Shown here piece after piece: positions 9,247 to 21,707 of a DNA stretch of 64,000 nt. The DNA comes from Patescibacteria group bacterium (lineage in GTDB: Bacteria; Patescibacteriota; UBA1384; XYA2-FULL-43-10; 1-14-0-10-43-13): assembly GCA_041666325.1 (NCBI GenBank), contig JBAYHC010000002.1, positions 51,635 to 115,634 on the forward strand, given 5' to 3'. The position numbers and the translations under genes were made by a program. The notes beneath the pieces were generated by a model. It was not told where the DNA came from and searched no databases. It saw nothing but the letters and a program-made list of their open reading frames with translations. The number at the start of each line of letters is the position of its first letter. Position 1 is the stretch's first letter.

Positions 9247-11352
9247 ATGTTCACGGCCGCTATGGGCATAGCTTTTGGCGCATCGGTTCTGGCCATTGTT
9301 TATGCCTTGATTCTTATTTCTATCATCCTCAAGAAGCCTGCCGGCAACAAGAAGATGGCAGATATTGCCAAGGCAATCCAAGAGGGTGCGTCTGCCTTCT
9401 TGAACCGCCAATACAGCACCGTTGCTGTTGTTGCCGCTGTTCTCTTTATCGTTTTGCTTTATGCCTTCAATTGGCAGACAGCCGTTGGCTTCCTGGTCGG
9501 AGCTCTTTTCTCTGGCCTCGCTGGATACATCGGCATGAACATTGCTGTTCGCGCCAATGTTCGTACGGCTGAGGCAGCCAGGAAGGGAACGGCTGCCGGC
9601 ATGGATGTCGCCTTCAAGTCAGGTGCAGTCACTGGCATGTTTGTCGTTGGTCTCTCGCTTTTGGCTGTCGCTGGTTTCTACGCTATCTTTCGCGACACTG
9701 TCGCTTTGGTCGGTTTTGGTTTTGGCGCTTCTCTTATCTCGATCTTTGCTCGTCTTGGCGGCGGAATTTTTACCAAAGGCGCTGATGTTGGCGCTGATCT
9801 CGTTGGTAAGGTTGAGGCTGGTATTCCTGAGGACGATCCAAGAAACCCCGCTGTTATCGCTGACAATGTCGGTGACAATGTTGGCGACGATGCCGGCATG
9901 GCCGCTGACCTTTTTGAGACCTACTCCATCACAGCTGTTGCCACAATGCTTTTGGGCTCACTGACCTTTGATGGTTTTGAGAATGCGCTTCTTTATCCCT
10001 TGGTTCTCGGTGGAATTTCTATTGTTGCTTCCATCATCGGTTCATTCTTTGCTCGTCTCTCCAAGAAGTCAAAAAATATCATGGGGGCGCTTTATCGAGC
10101 CCTTGCCGTATCTGGTGTATTGGCTGCTGTGGCGTTCTATTTTGCCACCAACTGGTTGATGAAAGACAACGGCATATACAGTACAAGCAGTCTCTTCTAC
10201 TCCTCACTGGTTGGTCTTCTGGTGACCGCCCTAATGGTAGTGGTTACGGAGTACTTCACTTCAACCAAATACTCCCCGGTAAAATCAATTGCTCAGGCCT
10301 CAATTACCGGCCATGGCACCAATGTTATTACCGGACTTGCCGTTTCGCTTAGATCAACCGCTGTTCCCGTCATCGTGATTGCCGCTTCTATTCTCGGTGC
10401 CTATCAGCTGGCTGGTCTCTACGGTGTTGCTGTTGCCGTCATGAGCATGCTCTCTATGGCTGGAATTATTGTCGCTATCGATGCCTTTGGTCCTGTTGCT
10501 GATAATGCTGGTGGTATTGCCGAGATGGCAGACCTACCTGAGGATGTGCGCGTTCACACGGATGCTCTTGATGCCGTCGGAAACACAACCAAGGCTGTAA
10601 CAAAGGGTTATGCCATTGCTTCCGCTGGGCTTGCCGCAGTTGTTCTTTTTGCGAGTTATACCGAGGAATTGATCAAGGCAGGCAAAAGTCTAACATTTGA
10701 TTTGGCAGACCCATACGTTATTGTCGGCCTGTTCATCGGCGGTCTGTTGCCATACTATTTTGCCTCTCTCGCCATGGAAGCTGTTGGCAAAGCCGGTAGT
10801 GCTGTTGTGATCGAGGTTCGAAGACAGTTTAGAGAAATCAAGGGCATTATGGAGGGCAAAGCGAAACCAGATTACAAACGTGCTGTTGATATTGTTACCA
10901 GAGCAGCTATTCGCGAGATGATATTGCCAACATTCGTCACTGTTGCCGCGCCTTTGGTTGTTGGTTTTGTCCTTGGTCCTGTTGCCCTTGGCGGATTCTT
11001 GGTGGGCACTATTATAACTGGAATCTTCGTAGCTATCTCCATGACCTCTGGCGGTGGCGCTTGGGACAATGCCAAGAAGTATATCGAAGCCGGTGCATAC
11101 GGTGGCAAGGGCTCGATTGCTCATCAGGCTGCTGTTACTGGAGACACTGTCGGCGATCCTTATAAAGACACTGCTGGGCCAGCAATTAACCCAATTATCA
11201 AAGTTGTAAACATTATCGCATTATTGATAGCTCCAACTTTGGCTAAGGTCAATGTTTCTTGGGAGATCAAAGTTGTGATCGTTGCAATATTCGTGATACT
11301 CTTAATTGGTTACGCGCTGTTTGCTCCTAAAGGTGAAGCAATAACTGAGTAA
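9247..11352 (+). CDS. hppA: Membrane-bound proton/sodium-translocating pyrophosphatase (H+-PPase)
   Basis: 701 aa; hallmark motifs [46 protein letters not shown]; ~16 TM. Confidence 0.9.
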   Translation: MFTAAMGIAFGASVLAIVYALILISIILKKPAGNKKMADIAKAIQEGASAFLNRQYSTVAVVAAVLFIVLLYAFNWQTAVGFLVGALFSGLAGYIGMNIAVRANVRTAEAARKGTAAGMDVAFKSGAVTGMFVVGLSLLAVAGFYAIFRDTVALVGFGFGASLISIFARLGGGIFTKGADVGADLVGKVEAGIPEDDPRNPAVIADNVGDNVGDDAGMAADLFETYSITAVATMLLGSLTFDGFENALLYPLVLGGISIVASIIGSFFARLSKKSKNIMGALYRALAVSGVLAAVAFYFATNWLMKDNGIYSTSSLFYSSLVGLLVTALMVVVTEYFTSTKYSPVKSIAQASITGHGTNVITGLAVSLRSTAVPVIVIAASILGAYQLAGLYGVAVAVMSMLSMAGIIVAIDAFGPVADNAGGIAEMADLPEDVRVHTDALDAVGNTTKAVTKGYAIASAGLAAVVLFASYTEELIKAGKSLTFDLADPYVIVGLFIGGLLPYYFASLAMEAVGKAGSAVVIEVRRQFREIKGIMEGKAKPDYKRAVDIVTRAAIREMILPTFVTVAAPLVVGFVLGPVALGGFLVGTIITGIFVAISMTSGGGAWDNAKKYIEAGAYGGKGSIAHQAAVTGDTVGDPYKDTAGPAINPIIKVVNIIALLIAPTLAKVNVSWEIKVVIVAIFVILLIGYALFAPKGEAITE

Positions 11353-11369
11353 ATGTACTTTCTTCTGCG

Positions 11370-11612
11370 ATGACTAAACCAGGTGATGATGAAATCAGTA
11401 AGGTGGAGCTAACCCTCGATAGATTCGAGGGTGATCGGGCAATTCTTATTGTTGAGGAGAGTGAGTTTATCGTTCCAAAACAATACTTGCCACGGAATAT
11501 CAAAGAGGGTGGCGTAGTCTGCCTGTCGATGGCGGCGATTGAGGTAGAGCGAAAACGCCGTGAGAAAGCTGCCAAAGATCTTCTCAATGAAATTCTGCGC
11601 GGAAATAAATAA
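11370..11612 (+). CDS. Small hypothetical protein (80 aa)
   Basis: ORF immediately after hppA, followed by strong terminator; no recognisable motif. Confidence 0.4.
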   Translation: MTKPGDDEISKVELTLDRFEGDRAILIVEESEFIVPKQYLPRNIKEGGVVCLSMAAIEVERKRREKAAKDLLNEILRGNK

Positions 11613-11693
11613 AAGTATTGACTCCAGGGGCAACCGTCTCGCCTTTGGCATCGTCGCCCAGTCGGGCATTATCGTATCTTGTAATAAAGAAAA

Positions 11694-11727
11694 TATGTGC
11701 CTCATTGGAGAGGCACATATTTTATTG
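11694..11727 (+). terminator. Rho-independent terminator
   Basis: ATATGTGCCTC-attgga-GAGGCACATAT perfect 11-bp stem followed by TTTTATT. Confidence 0.75.
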
Positions 11728-11831
11728 AGAGGGCTCAAAGTGGAGCGCTCTAGTGAGCAATTTGTTCGAATTGTGATATACTGAATTTGCTTAGGTTTAT
11801 AGTAAGCTGAGTCGAACCACGTTACCTTAAA

Positions 11832-13688
11832 TTGATGACGAAATCGGGGAAAAATAGACGCACAAGAATAATCGGCGCTGTGGTGGCCAGTTTTTTTGTG
11901 CTGATAATGATTTTGTCCGGAGCATTCGCGGTGTACTCATTTTTCAACTTTGATCGTGTCTACGCCAATCAGTATGTTGGTAATATCAACTTGGCCAAAA
12001 GAACTCGATCTGAGGTTAGAGATATTCTCACAAAGGAAGCGGCTGATTTTTCGAGCAAGGAATTGATTCTGCGCTATAAGGGCGAAAAAGAAGAGAAGAC
12101 ATACAAGATTAAGCCGTCAGAAGTCGGTTTGCACTATGATGCTGAGGCGACCACAAAGAAGGTGTGGGATTTTGGCCGAGAGGGTGACATAGCAAGTTCG
12201 TCCTGGCATCAGATGAAGTCAATTTTTGTCAGAAGCGAACATGAAGCCGTATTCACGATTAATCAAGGCGAGCTTGAGGCTAAGATCAAGACCATAGCCA
12301 AAGAGATCGATCTACCCGAGAAGGACTATTCGATCACATATAAAGAGGGAAAATTTGTTCTCAGCGATCAACAGTCCGAGGGCAGGCGCATCGACCAGGC
12401 AGAAATCACTACTGCCATCCTCAATCACTTGCGTAAATTTGAGAGTAGCGAAGTAGCGTTCGTTTCCAAGATCTATGCTCCAAAAGTAAAGAAGGAGAAG
12501 GCACTGGCGCGACTCTTGGCGGCCAATAGAATTCTCGAAAAAGGTGAGCTTATAGCTTTCTACGAGGGGCAGGAATTTAAATTTGACAAGGATATGATCG
12601 GCGGAACAATTAAATCGCAAATCAACAAAGATGATCTTGAGATCTTGTTGGACGACAAGCGTTTGAACACATTTTTGGATACCGTCGGGGGAGCGATCAA
12701 TGTCGAGCCGAGAAGCGCGAAACTAACGATCAACAACAGTCGGGCAACCATCTTTGAGACATCAAGAGACGGCAAGAGCTTGAGTGGGGACATTAGCAAG
12801 GAGAGAATAAAAAGTGCCCTGCTTTCGAGAGCTGAGGACGACTCAGATCATTCTCGCGTAGAGCTGGTGGTAGAGGTAAAAAAGCCAGAAATTGCCGAGA
12901 ATGATATTGGTAATCTGGGCATAACTGAGTTAGTCGCTTCTGCCTCAACTGAATTCAAGGGCTCTCCAGCGAATCGAATTCACAATATTCAAACCGGTGC
13001 AGCTGCGATCAATGGTGTTTTGGTAAAACCGGGGGAAACTTTTTCGACTTTGGCACGCCTTGGCGCTATCGATGGATCAACGGGATACTTACCAGAGTTA
13101 GTTATCAAAGAAGATCGAACCGTGCCTGAGTTTGGTGGCGGGTTGTGTCAAGTCTCGACAACTCTTTTCCGTTCTGCTCTCAATGCCGGAATGAAGATTG
13201 TGGAAAGGAGTAATCACAGCTATCGCGTTGGTTATTACGAGCCTCCGGTTGGTATGGATGCGACCATTTATGACCCGGCGCCTGACTTCAAGTTTTCTAA
13301 CAATTATTCCAGTCATATTCTTATTCAGTCAAAAGTCGAGGGAACCAAAATAACTTTCGAGCTGTACGGGACCAAAGATGGCCGCCAGGTCGAGATCGGG
13401 CAGCCTGTGGTTTATGATTACACCAACCCATCAGAGCCGATAAACATCGAAACCGATACTTTGCCGCCCGGTGAGAGAAAGCAGATCGAGAAGCCGCACC
13501 AGGGCGCTTCGGCAAAATTTCATTATAAGTCTGTCCGTAACGATGAAGTGCTCCAAGAGCGAGATTTCTTCTCCAAGTATGTCCCTTGGCCAGAGAAGTG
13601 GCTAGTGGGTAAACAGCCAGTGCAGCCGCAGCCAGAGACGGTACCGCAGCCGGAGCCGGCGCCAGCGTCAGAATCACAACCACAATAA
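11832..13688 (+). CDS. VanW/YoaR-like family protein with N-terminal TM anchor and Pro/Gln-rich C-terminus
   Basis: 618 aa; VanW-domain core FGGGLCQVSTTLFRSALNAGMKIVERSNHSYRVGYYEP; single N-terminal TM. Confidence 0.65.
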   Translation: MMTKSGKNRRTRIIGAVVASFFVLIMILSGAFAVYSFFNFDRVYANQYVGNINLAKRTRSEVRDILTKEAADFSSKELILRYKGEKEEKTYKIKPSEVGLHYDAEATTKKVWDFGREGDIASSSWHQMKSIFVRSEHEAVFTINQGELEAKIKTIAKEIDLPEKDYSITYKEGKFVLSDQQSEGRRIDQAEITTAILNHLRKFESSEVAFVSKIYAPKVKKEKALARLLAANRILEKGELIAFYEGQEFKFDKDMIGGTIKSQINKDDLEILLDDKRLNTFLDTVGGAINVEPRSAKLTINNSRATIFETSRDGKSLSGDISKERIKSALLSRAEDDSDHSRVELVVEVKKPEIAENDIGNLGITELVASASTEFKGSPANRIHNIQTGAAAINGVLVKPGETFSTLARLGAIDGSTGYLPELVIKEDRTVPEFGGGLCQVSTTLFRSALNAGMKIVERSNHSYRVGYYEPPVGMDATIYDPAPDFKFSNNYSSHILIQSKVEGTKITFELYGTKDGRQVEIGQPVVYDYTNPSEPINIETDTLPPGERKQIEKPHQGASAKFHYKSVRNDEVLQERDFFSKYVPWPEKWLVGKQPVQPQPETVPQPEPAPASESQPQ

Positions 13689-13844
13689 TTTGGCGGAATC
13701 ATAGTTACGATAGACTCTAGGGCCTAGGATTCTAGAACCTAGGCCTTGGGTTCTAGTGTCTAGAGTTCTAGATTCTAAATTCAAACCATTTATTCTTGCG
13801 AGAGATTTGTAAGTTCGTAGGGGATCAGGAAGCCTGGAGGGGCA

Positions 13845-16445
13845 GTGTCAAACCATCAATTTTATGCTTGGACTGTCGAAGAAATCGAGCACCATTTTGG
13901 TGTTGAGGCAAATTTTGGTTTGAGTACAAAGCATGCAGGACATCTGCTTCAGAAATATGGTCCTAATTCACTTAATGACCTCAAGGAAACGGGAATCTGG
14001 ACTGTGTTACTGCGGCAGCTGGATAATTTTTTTGTCTTTTTGCTAGTCATCGCAGCCGTCATTTCTTACATGGTTGACGGTCTGGTGCAGGCGTTAATTC
14101 TCGTTGCTGTAATAATTATTAACATCGCTCTAGGGTTTTTTCAGGAATATAAAGCAGAGAGAGCTCTGGCCGAACTAAAGAGCGCGTACCAAGCCAAGAG
14201 TAAGGTTCTCCGAGGTGGTAAGATCAGAGCTATTCCAAATGAAGAGCTAACAATTGGTGATGTCGTTATTCTGGAAAGTGGCGACAAAGTCCCAGCTGAC
14301 GTGCGGGTGATTGAGGAGGAGGGACTTCGTGTTGACGAATCTCTTCTGTCAGGTGAATCTGTTCCGGCCAGCAAAAACCCAGCTGCTTTATCGAAGGAAA
14401 CATCTTTGGCTGATAGGCACAACATGCTTTTTGCTTCAACACTCGTTGCAGCAGGCAGGGGAAGAGGTATTGTTGTTGCCATTGGATCAGGAACGGAATT
14501 TGGAAAAATTGCTAATCTTGTCAAAAAGGCTGAGGAGAGAACCCCTCTTGAACAGCAAATTTTCTATATTGGCAAGATACTCACGCTTGTTTCTGCACTG
14601 GTAGCAGCGGCAATATTTATTCTAGGGTACTTCAGTGGCGAGTCACTTCTGCCTCTCCTGTCCTTCTCGATCGCTCTTCTTGTTGCGACTGTGCCAGAGA
14701 GTTTACCTACGGCTGTTACCTTGTCCTTGGCTATGGGCGTCGCAAGGGCAGCCAGGCAGAAGGTGCTAATCCGAAGAATGGCGGCGATAGAGACCCTCGG
14801 GACGATAAACATTATCGCTAGCGATAAAACCGGGACCCTAACGGAAAATCATCTTGTTGCTGAGGTTGCCTCAGTCTTTGGCAACCTGCATTGGCATCGA
14901 GCTGATCTCGACAGCGGTGAAGACAGGAAGTATGCCGGGTCCCTTTTGGCTCGGGCAGTTGTTTGCTCCAATGTAGTTTGGCGTGGTGAAAAGGAGCTGG
15001 TGGGTGATCCCATCGAGATAGCCCTTGTCGAGCGTTGCAGAAAAGGTTACTCGGATGCGCTTGATGAATCTGATAAATACCGGCGTGTGCTGGAGATTCC
15101 CTTCGATTCGGATCGAAAATATATGGCGGTCTTGTGTCGTCGGCGCGGAGGAAGCGAATTGATAGTTAAAGGAATGCCGGAGAGGGTAATCTCTTTTTGT
15201 GCCCTGACTGTTTCGGAAAGAAAGGTGGCATTAGCCGAGGCGGCGAGTTTAAGCAGGGATGGTTATAAGGTGCTGGCGGTCGCAAAAAAGAAAAGCGTAA
15301 CCACCGCCAAGGTTCTCTCGAAAATGGAGTTGCTTGGTTTCTTGGCTTTTGCGGATGAACCGGCGGTAGGGGTAAAAGAGGCGATAGGACAAGCCATTAG
15401 GGCTGGCATTAGGCCGATTATTATTACCGGAGATCATCCTGAAACAGCACGGTTCATTGCTAACAAAGTTGGTATGAACGTGGGAAATGATGAGATCTTA
15501 GGTGAAAAAGAGCTGGCCAATATGACGCAAAGGCAACTCGAAGCTGCGCTTAAGGTGGTGAAAGTTTTTGCCCGGGTCACGCCCGAAGACAAAATCAATA
15601 TCGTCAAGACTTTACAAAAAATGGGTTATTCTGTCGGTGTTACGGGTGACGGAGTAAATGATGCCCCTGCGCTCAAGGAGGCGAATGCTGGTATTGCTAT
15701 GGGAATCAAGGGAACAGAGGTGGCAAAGAGCGCTGCCGATATTGTTTTGGCCGATGATCGTTATGGAACGATCATCTCTGCCATTGAGTACGGGCGCTCG
15801 ATTTTTGATAACATCAAAAATATTATCACTTTCCTGGTTGCGGGCAATCTGAACGAAATACTGATGGTGGGTTTGGCCTATATTTTCGGGATGCCTTTGC
15901 CGATCACTACCTTGCAGATCTTGTGGGTCAACCTGATTACTGATTCTTTTCCTGCCCTGGCGCTAAGTTTTGAGCAGCCGTCTCGCCATGTTTTGTCTGA
16001 ACCCCCAAGGTCGATTCGCCAAGACTCACTCAAGGCCCCGATTGTATATGCAGGGTATTTATCCATAATTTCCCTCGCCCTGAGTATCGCAGTCTACTTT
16101 TGGGGATTGTCTTTCTCTCTGGCCAAAGCCCAGACTATGACGTTCACATTTTTGGTCTTAATTGAGTTGATTTTTTGTTTCTCTGTTCGTTCTAAGCAGA
16201 GATTTTGGCAGCGACCAAGGGGTTTCTTTGAGAATAAGTTTTTGCTTTGGGCGATAGCGCTCTCCTTGTTCTTGCAGGGCATAATATTTGTCGCTCCGCT
16301 GCGCAAGATCTTCGGCCTTGTTGGACTAACTTCTTCGGACATTGCCGTCTTGGTTGTGTCGTCAGTTGTTGCTTTTGTCCTGGCTGAGCTCATCAGATAT
16401 GTTTCCGACAAAGTAGCCCAAAGAAAATTGCGGCAAAAACCATAG
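13845..16445 (+). CDS. P-type cation-transporting ATPase (P2-type, Ca2+/Mg2+-like)
   Basis: 866 aa; phosphorylation motif DKTGTLT, hinge GDGVNDAPALKEANAGIAMG, Cation_ATPase_N-like N-terminus. Confidence 0.9.
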   Translation: MSNHQFYAWTVEEIEHHFGVEANFGLSTKHAGHLLQKYGPNSLNDLKETGIWTVLLRQLDNFFVFLLVIAAVISYMVDGLVQALILVAVIIINIALGFFQEYKAERALAELKSAYQAKSKVLRGGKIRAIPNEELTIGDVVILESGDKVPADVRVIEEEGLRVDESLLSGESVPASKNPAALSKETSLADRHNMLFASTLVAAGRGRGIVVAIGSGTEFGKIANLVKKAEERTPLEQQIFYIGKILTLVSALVAAAIFILGYFSGESLLPLLSFSIALLVATVPESLPTAVTLSLAMGVARAARQKVLIRRMAAIETLGTINIIASDKTGTLTENHLVAEVASVFGNLHWHRADLDSGEDRKYAGSLLARAVVCSNVVWRGEKELVGDPIEIALVERCRKGYSDALDESDKYRRVLEIPFDSDRKYMAVLCRRRGGSELIVKGMPERVISFCALTVSERKVALAEAASLSRDGYKVLAVAKKKSVTTAKVLSKMELLGFLAFADEPAVGVKEAIGQAIRAGIRPIIITGDHPETARFIANKVGMNVGNDEILGEKELANMTQRQLEAALKVVKVFARVTPEDKINIVKTLQKMGYSVGVTGDGVNDAPALKEANAGIAMGIKGTEVAKSAADIVLADDRYGTIISAIEYGRSIFDNIKNIITFLVAGNLNEILMVGLAYIFGMPLPITTLQILWVNLITDSFPALALSFEQPSRHVLSEPPRSIRQDSLKAPIVYAGYLSIISLALSIAVYFWGLSFSLAKAQTMTFTFLVLIELIFCFSVRSKQRFWQRPRGFFENKFLLWAIALSLFLQGIIFVAPLRKIFGLVGLTSSDIAVLVVSSVVAFVLAELIRYVSDKVAQRKLRQKP

Positions 16446-16593
16446 GGTCAAGTCGGAGCTTTTTTGATTTTAAAAATTAGTCGAAGATGTACCGTGCCGC
16501 AAAATGGCTAGATCTATTCCACAAAAAGTTCCCATTCAACAACAGATAATACTTCTAGTGCAGAGCACAACCTGTGACATTGTGAACAAGCGA

Positions 16594-18336
16594 TCAAATG
16601 GTTGGTGCGAGTTCTTTTTCGATTTTGGCAGCGATTGTGCTGTTGGATGAATGTTCATCTGCTGCCTTGATGAAGGCCATGAAAAGCGGGTGGGGGTGAA
16701 GTGGGCGCGATTGGAGTTCGGGATGGAACTGGACGCCAACATAAAACGGATGATCTTTGAGCTCCACTATCTCTGCAAGGTCGCGTTCGGGGTTGACGCC
16801 GGCGATGACTAATCCTGCCTTTTCAAGTTGTTCGCGGTATTTGTTGTTAAGCTCATATCGATGGCGATGACGTTCCACTATCGTGGGGTATTTCGTATTT
16901 CGCCCGCCTGCATCGCCTGGAGCGAAGCTACCGCGGGCAGGTATTTCGTATTTGGTGTACGCCACATAGGAGGTGGTGCCTTTCTTGAGCAAGCAATCGA
17001 ATGCACCGAGGCGCATTGAGCCGCCATAATCTCTTTCTTCAAGCCTTTTCTTTTGGTCGGGCATGATGTGAATGACGGGGTATGGAGTTTCAGAATTGAT
17101 TTCTTCTGTGTGAGCGCCCTTCATACCGCAGACATTCCGAGCAAATTCAATTGTAGCGATTTGCATGCCATAGCAGAGGCCAAAATAAGGAATTGAGTTT
17201 TGGCGACAGAATCCTGCGGCCGCAATTTTACCCTCAATACCTCGCGATCCAAAGCCTCCCGGAACGATAACACCATCAAAACTTCTCAGTTCCTCTAGCT
17301 TTTCCGGGTTTTTCTCATATGCTTCAGAGTTCAGCCAGGTAAGCTTTGGCTGCAGTTCTTGCGTCCAGGCAGCATGCTTAACCGCCTCTATAACCGATAT
17401 ATAAGAGTCAGACAGAACGTAGTCTCCTGTGCCAAAATATTTTCCGACAATACCGATATTGATCTCTCTCTTGCCATTGTGAGCGTGGCGAGTGAATTCC
17501 TCCCATTTTGACAGATCTGAATCCTTCTCCGGTAGGTTAAGGTGATGCAATATCTTGTTGCCCAGACCTTCTTTTTCAAAGTTGACCGGAATATCATAGA
17601 TTGAGTCAACATCAGGAGCAGAGATAGCATTTTCTGGTTCTATGCTGCAAAATATTGCGAGCTTTTCTCTGCGTTTGTCGTCGATCGGCTTTTCTGATCT
17701 GCAGAGAATGAAGTCGGCTTGGATACCGCAGGAATTTAGCTCTCGTGAAGCATGCTGGGTTGGCTTGGTCTTCATCTCTCCAACCTTGGAAGGAATAGGA
17801 AGATAAGAGACCAATACAAAAACTACATCCTTCGGTTGCTTAAGTTTTAGCATTCTGGCTGCTTCGAGGAAAAGAAGGTTTTCGTATTCCCCGACAGTAC
17901 CACCTATTTCTATGACGCCGATATCTGATTTTGTTTCCTTAACAGCTGTCTTGATCCGTCTGATTATTTCTTCAGGAATGTGGGGCACTACCTGGACACA
18001 CTTTCCGCCGTACTCAAGATTTCTTTCTCGGTTTATAACGCTTTGATATATGCGGCCGGTGGTCATATAGTTGATCTTGGTGATGTTTTCATTGAGAAAG
18101 CGCTCATAGTTGCCAAGGTCCTGATCGCACTCATCTCCGTCAATTGTAACGAAAACCTCGCCATGCTCTGTCGGGTTCATTGTGCCAGCATCAACATTGA
18201 CGTAGGGGTCGGCCTTAAGGGCAGTAACCCTGTAGCCCTTGCTTTTAAGAATTGTCCCGATCGAAGCAGCTGCGATACCTTTGCCCACTGACGACATGAC
18301 GCCGCCAACGACGAAGATGAATTTTTCCTGGGCCAT
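16594..18336 (-). CDS. pyrG: CTP synthase
   Basis: N-terminus MAQEKFIFVVGGVMSSVGKGIAAASIG..., glutamine amidotransferase C-terminal half; start chosen at ATG 18336 after RBS GGAGGAA (ORF frame opens 18402). Confidence 0.92.
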   Translation of the reverse strand: MAQEKFIFVVGGVMSSVGKGIAAASIGTILKSKGYRVTALKADPYVNVDAGTMNPTEHGEVFVTIDGDECDQDLGNYERFLNENITKINYMTTGRIYQSVINRERNLEYGGKCVQVVPHIPEEIIRRIKTAVKETKSDIGVIEIGGTVGEYENLLFLEAARMLKLKQPKDVVFVLVSYLPIPSKVGEMKTKPTQHASRELNSCGIQADFILCRSEKPIDDKRREKLAIFCSIEPENAISAPDVDSIYDIPVNFEKEGLGNKILHHLNLPEKDSDLSKWEEFTRHAHNGKREINIGIVGKYFGTGDYVLSDSYISVIEAVKHAAWTQELQPKLTWLNSEAYEKNPEKLEELRSFDGVIVPGGFGSRGIEGKIAAAGFCRQNSIPYFGLCYGMQIATIEFARNVCGMKGAHTEEINSETPYPVIHIMPDQKKRLEERDYGGSMRLGAFDCLLKKGTTSYVAYTKYEIPARGSFAPGDAGGRNTKYPTIVERHRHRYELNNKYREQLEKAGLVIAGVNPERDLAEIVELKDHPFYVGVQFHPELQSRPLHPHPLFMAFIKAADEHSSNSTIAAKIEKELAPTI

Positions 18337-18547
18337 AGACTTCCTCCGTTGTATATTAGTCGAGCGATGTGAGTACAAACAAAAAACTCCTTGATCTGGC
18401 ATATTGGAGTTTTTTTTAGAAGCTAACTTTGTTTTAATGCTATTTTAAACCAACCCGTAAGTTGAATGCAATACTAAAAAGGTTGATTGTCTGTGGAAAT
18501 GTTGTGTCAGACCAAACACAATCGTTGTCTGCTATACTATCTTTGAA

Positions 18548-19216
18548 ATGAGAACAAGACTTCTGCAAAACAGACTAACCAAGTTGCGGATCGCCGGATA
18601 TTTTTTCCAGGCGGTTCCATTTATTCGAGCCGTTATTCTCAATGGCTCATTGGCGACCGGCCAGATCAAAGCGTCGTCTGATATTGACTTGCTGATAGTT
18701 GCCAGTGAGGGCAGGATTTTTACTGTGCGTTTTTTGGTCAACGCTTTTGCTTGGGTCTCGGGACAGAAGAGGCCGAAGGATGAGCGCCGATCTCACGCCG
18801 GTAAGTTTTGTTTCAACTACTTTATGTCTACCTCATACCTGAAGATTCCAGTTGGTCGTGGTGATAGCATTGATCGATATTGTGCCAGGTGTTACTCGCA
18901 GAGTGTGCTGGTGTGGCAGAGAGGAGATGTCTTCGAGCGTTTTTGGCAGGACAACTACGATTTATTTGTCCGATATTCAACCCGGGGCAACAACCGTTTT
19001 TCGAAGATATTTCCCGTTCGAACGCTGTGGTCAATGACGAGGCTCTCTGGGCTTGCTGAGTTTATTTTTGGAGGAAGGGCCGGGAATTGTCTGGAACAAT
19101 ACTTGAAAGCATTCCAGATCAGATCTATTGAGCGTGATGACAGGACGCGCAAGTACCCTTCATTGATTGTTTACTCCGACAGAGAATTGCGTTTTCATCC
19201 GCCAAAAGAAGACTGA
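18548..19216 (+). CDS. Nucleotidyltransferase-fold (Pol-beta/MNT-like) domain protein
   Basis: Motif GSLATGQIKASSDIDLLIV = G[SG]-x(9-13)-DxD NTase signature; remainder unknown. Confidence 0.45.
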   Translation: MRTRLLQNRLTKLRIAGYFFQAVPFIRAVILNGSLATGQIKASSDIDLLIVASEGRIFTVRFLVNAFAWVSGQKRPKDERRSHAGKFCFNYFMSTSYLKIPVGRGDSIDRYCARCYSQSVLVWQRGDVFERFWQDNYDLFVRYSTRGNNRFSKIFPVRTLWSMTRLSGLAEFIFGGRAGNCLEQYLKAFQIRSIERDDRTRKYPSLIVYSDRELRFHPPKED

Positions 19217-19511
19217 CAAGGTTTCTGCCGGTTGGTTTTTGGGCACGGAAAACGATGCAACAATTGGTTGAGTTTGAGTCTGACTAATCTTGACATCGTG
19301 CGTCTGATAATCTAAGATGATGTTGGCGGCAGACGTTTCCCCCTTGCGTCGCCGCCATTTTTAAAAAGACTGAAGAACTTGAGAACCAACGAACAAGTGA
19401 GGGCTTGGCAATATCCTTACAGTTCCTGTGTGCTTCCGTTCCTCAGTTTTTTGTTTATAAGAAAGTTGTTGCTATCGCTAGGTGATGACAAGGCCAGCCA
19501 GTGCTAGGGGG

Positions 19512-19540
19512 TTGACAATGTGTAAAGTTTACTTTACATT
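19512..19540 (+). promoter_or_regulatory. groES promoter TTGACA-17-TACATT with embedded perfect palindrome TGTAAAGT-tt-ACTTTACA (candidate operator, not canonical CIRCE)
   Basis: Direct reading; palindrome 19521-19538 spans spacer and -10. Confidence 0.55.
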
Positions 19541-19594
19541 TTGTGATGAAGCCATGAGTATTTAATAGTATTTAAAAAGGAAGGTGAGGTGCTT

Positions 19595-19876
19595 ATGTTT
19601 AAACCACTCGCAGACAGAGTCTTGGTTAAGCCGCTTCCAGCAGAGGAGATTACAAAATCGGGTATTGTTATCCCTGACACTGCTAAGGAAGCGCCAGCAG
19701 AAGGGGAAATTGTTGGTTTAGGTGATGGCAAGTTAAAAGAGGGCAAGAAGCACGATTTTTCCGTCAAGAATGGCGATAAAGTGTTGTACTCAAAGTATGC
19801 CGGCGACGAGATTACTCTCGATGGGGTCGAACACAAGATCATGAGAGAAGATGAGATATTGGGAATTTTAAGTTAA
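19595..19876 (+). CDS. groES: Co-chaperonin GroES
   Basis: MFKPLADRVLVKPLPAEEITKSGIVIPDTAKE...; RBS aggtgagg. Confidence 0.92.
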   Translation: MFKPLADRVLVKPLPAEEITKSGIVIPDTAKEAPAEGEIVGLGDGKLKEGKKHDFSVKNGDKVLYSKYAGDEITLDGVEHKIMREDEILGILS

Positions 19877-19966
19877 AATTCCTCCTGCGAAAATACGAAT
19901 CTAACGAAAATACAAATATTGCTAAATTACAAATACGTGAGAAGCAGAATATTCGTAATTTCGTAA

Positions 19967-21643
<1,677 letters not shown>

Positions 21644-21665
21644 TTTCTGTATTAAAAAAACAAAA

Positions 21666-21697
21666 GAGTCCTGGAGAAATCCGGGGCTTTTTTTGAG
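21666..21697 (+). terminator. Rho-independent terminator after groEL
   Basis: AGUCCUGG-agaaau-CCGGGGCU (two G-U wobbles) followed by TTTTTTT. Confidence 0.55.
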
Positions 21698-21707
21698 ATA
21701 GATTGGA

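Noticed and set aside
19230-19590. Searched for a canonical CIRCE element (TTAGCACTC-N9-GAGTGCTAA) upstream of groES
   Set aside because: It is not present. Only the unrelated palindrome TGTAAAGTttACTTTACA was found, and this is reported as a finding instead.
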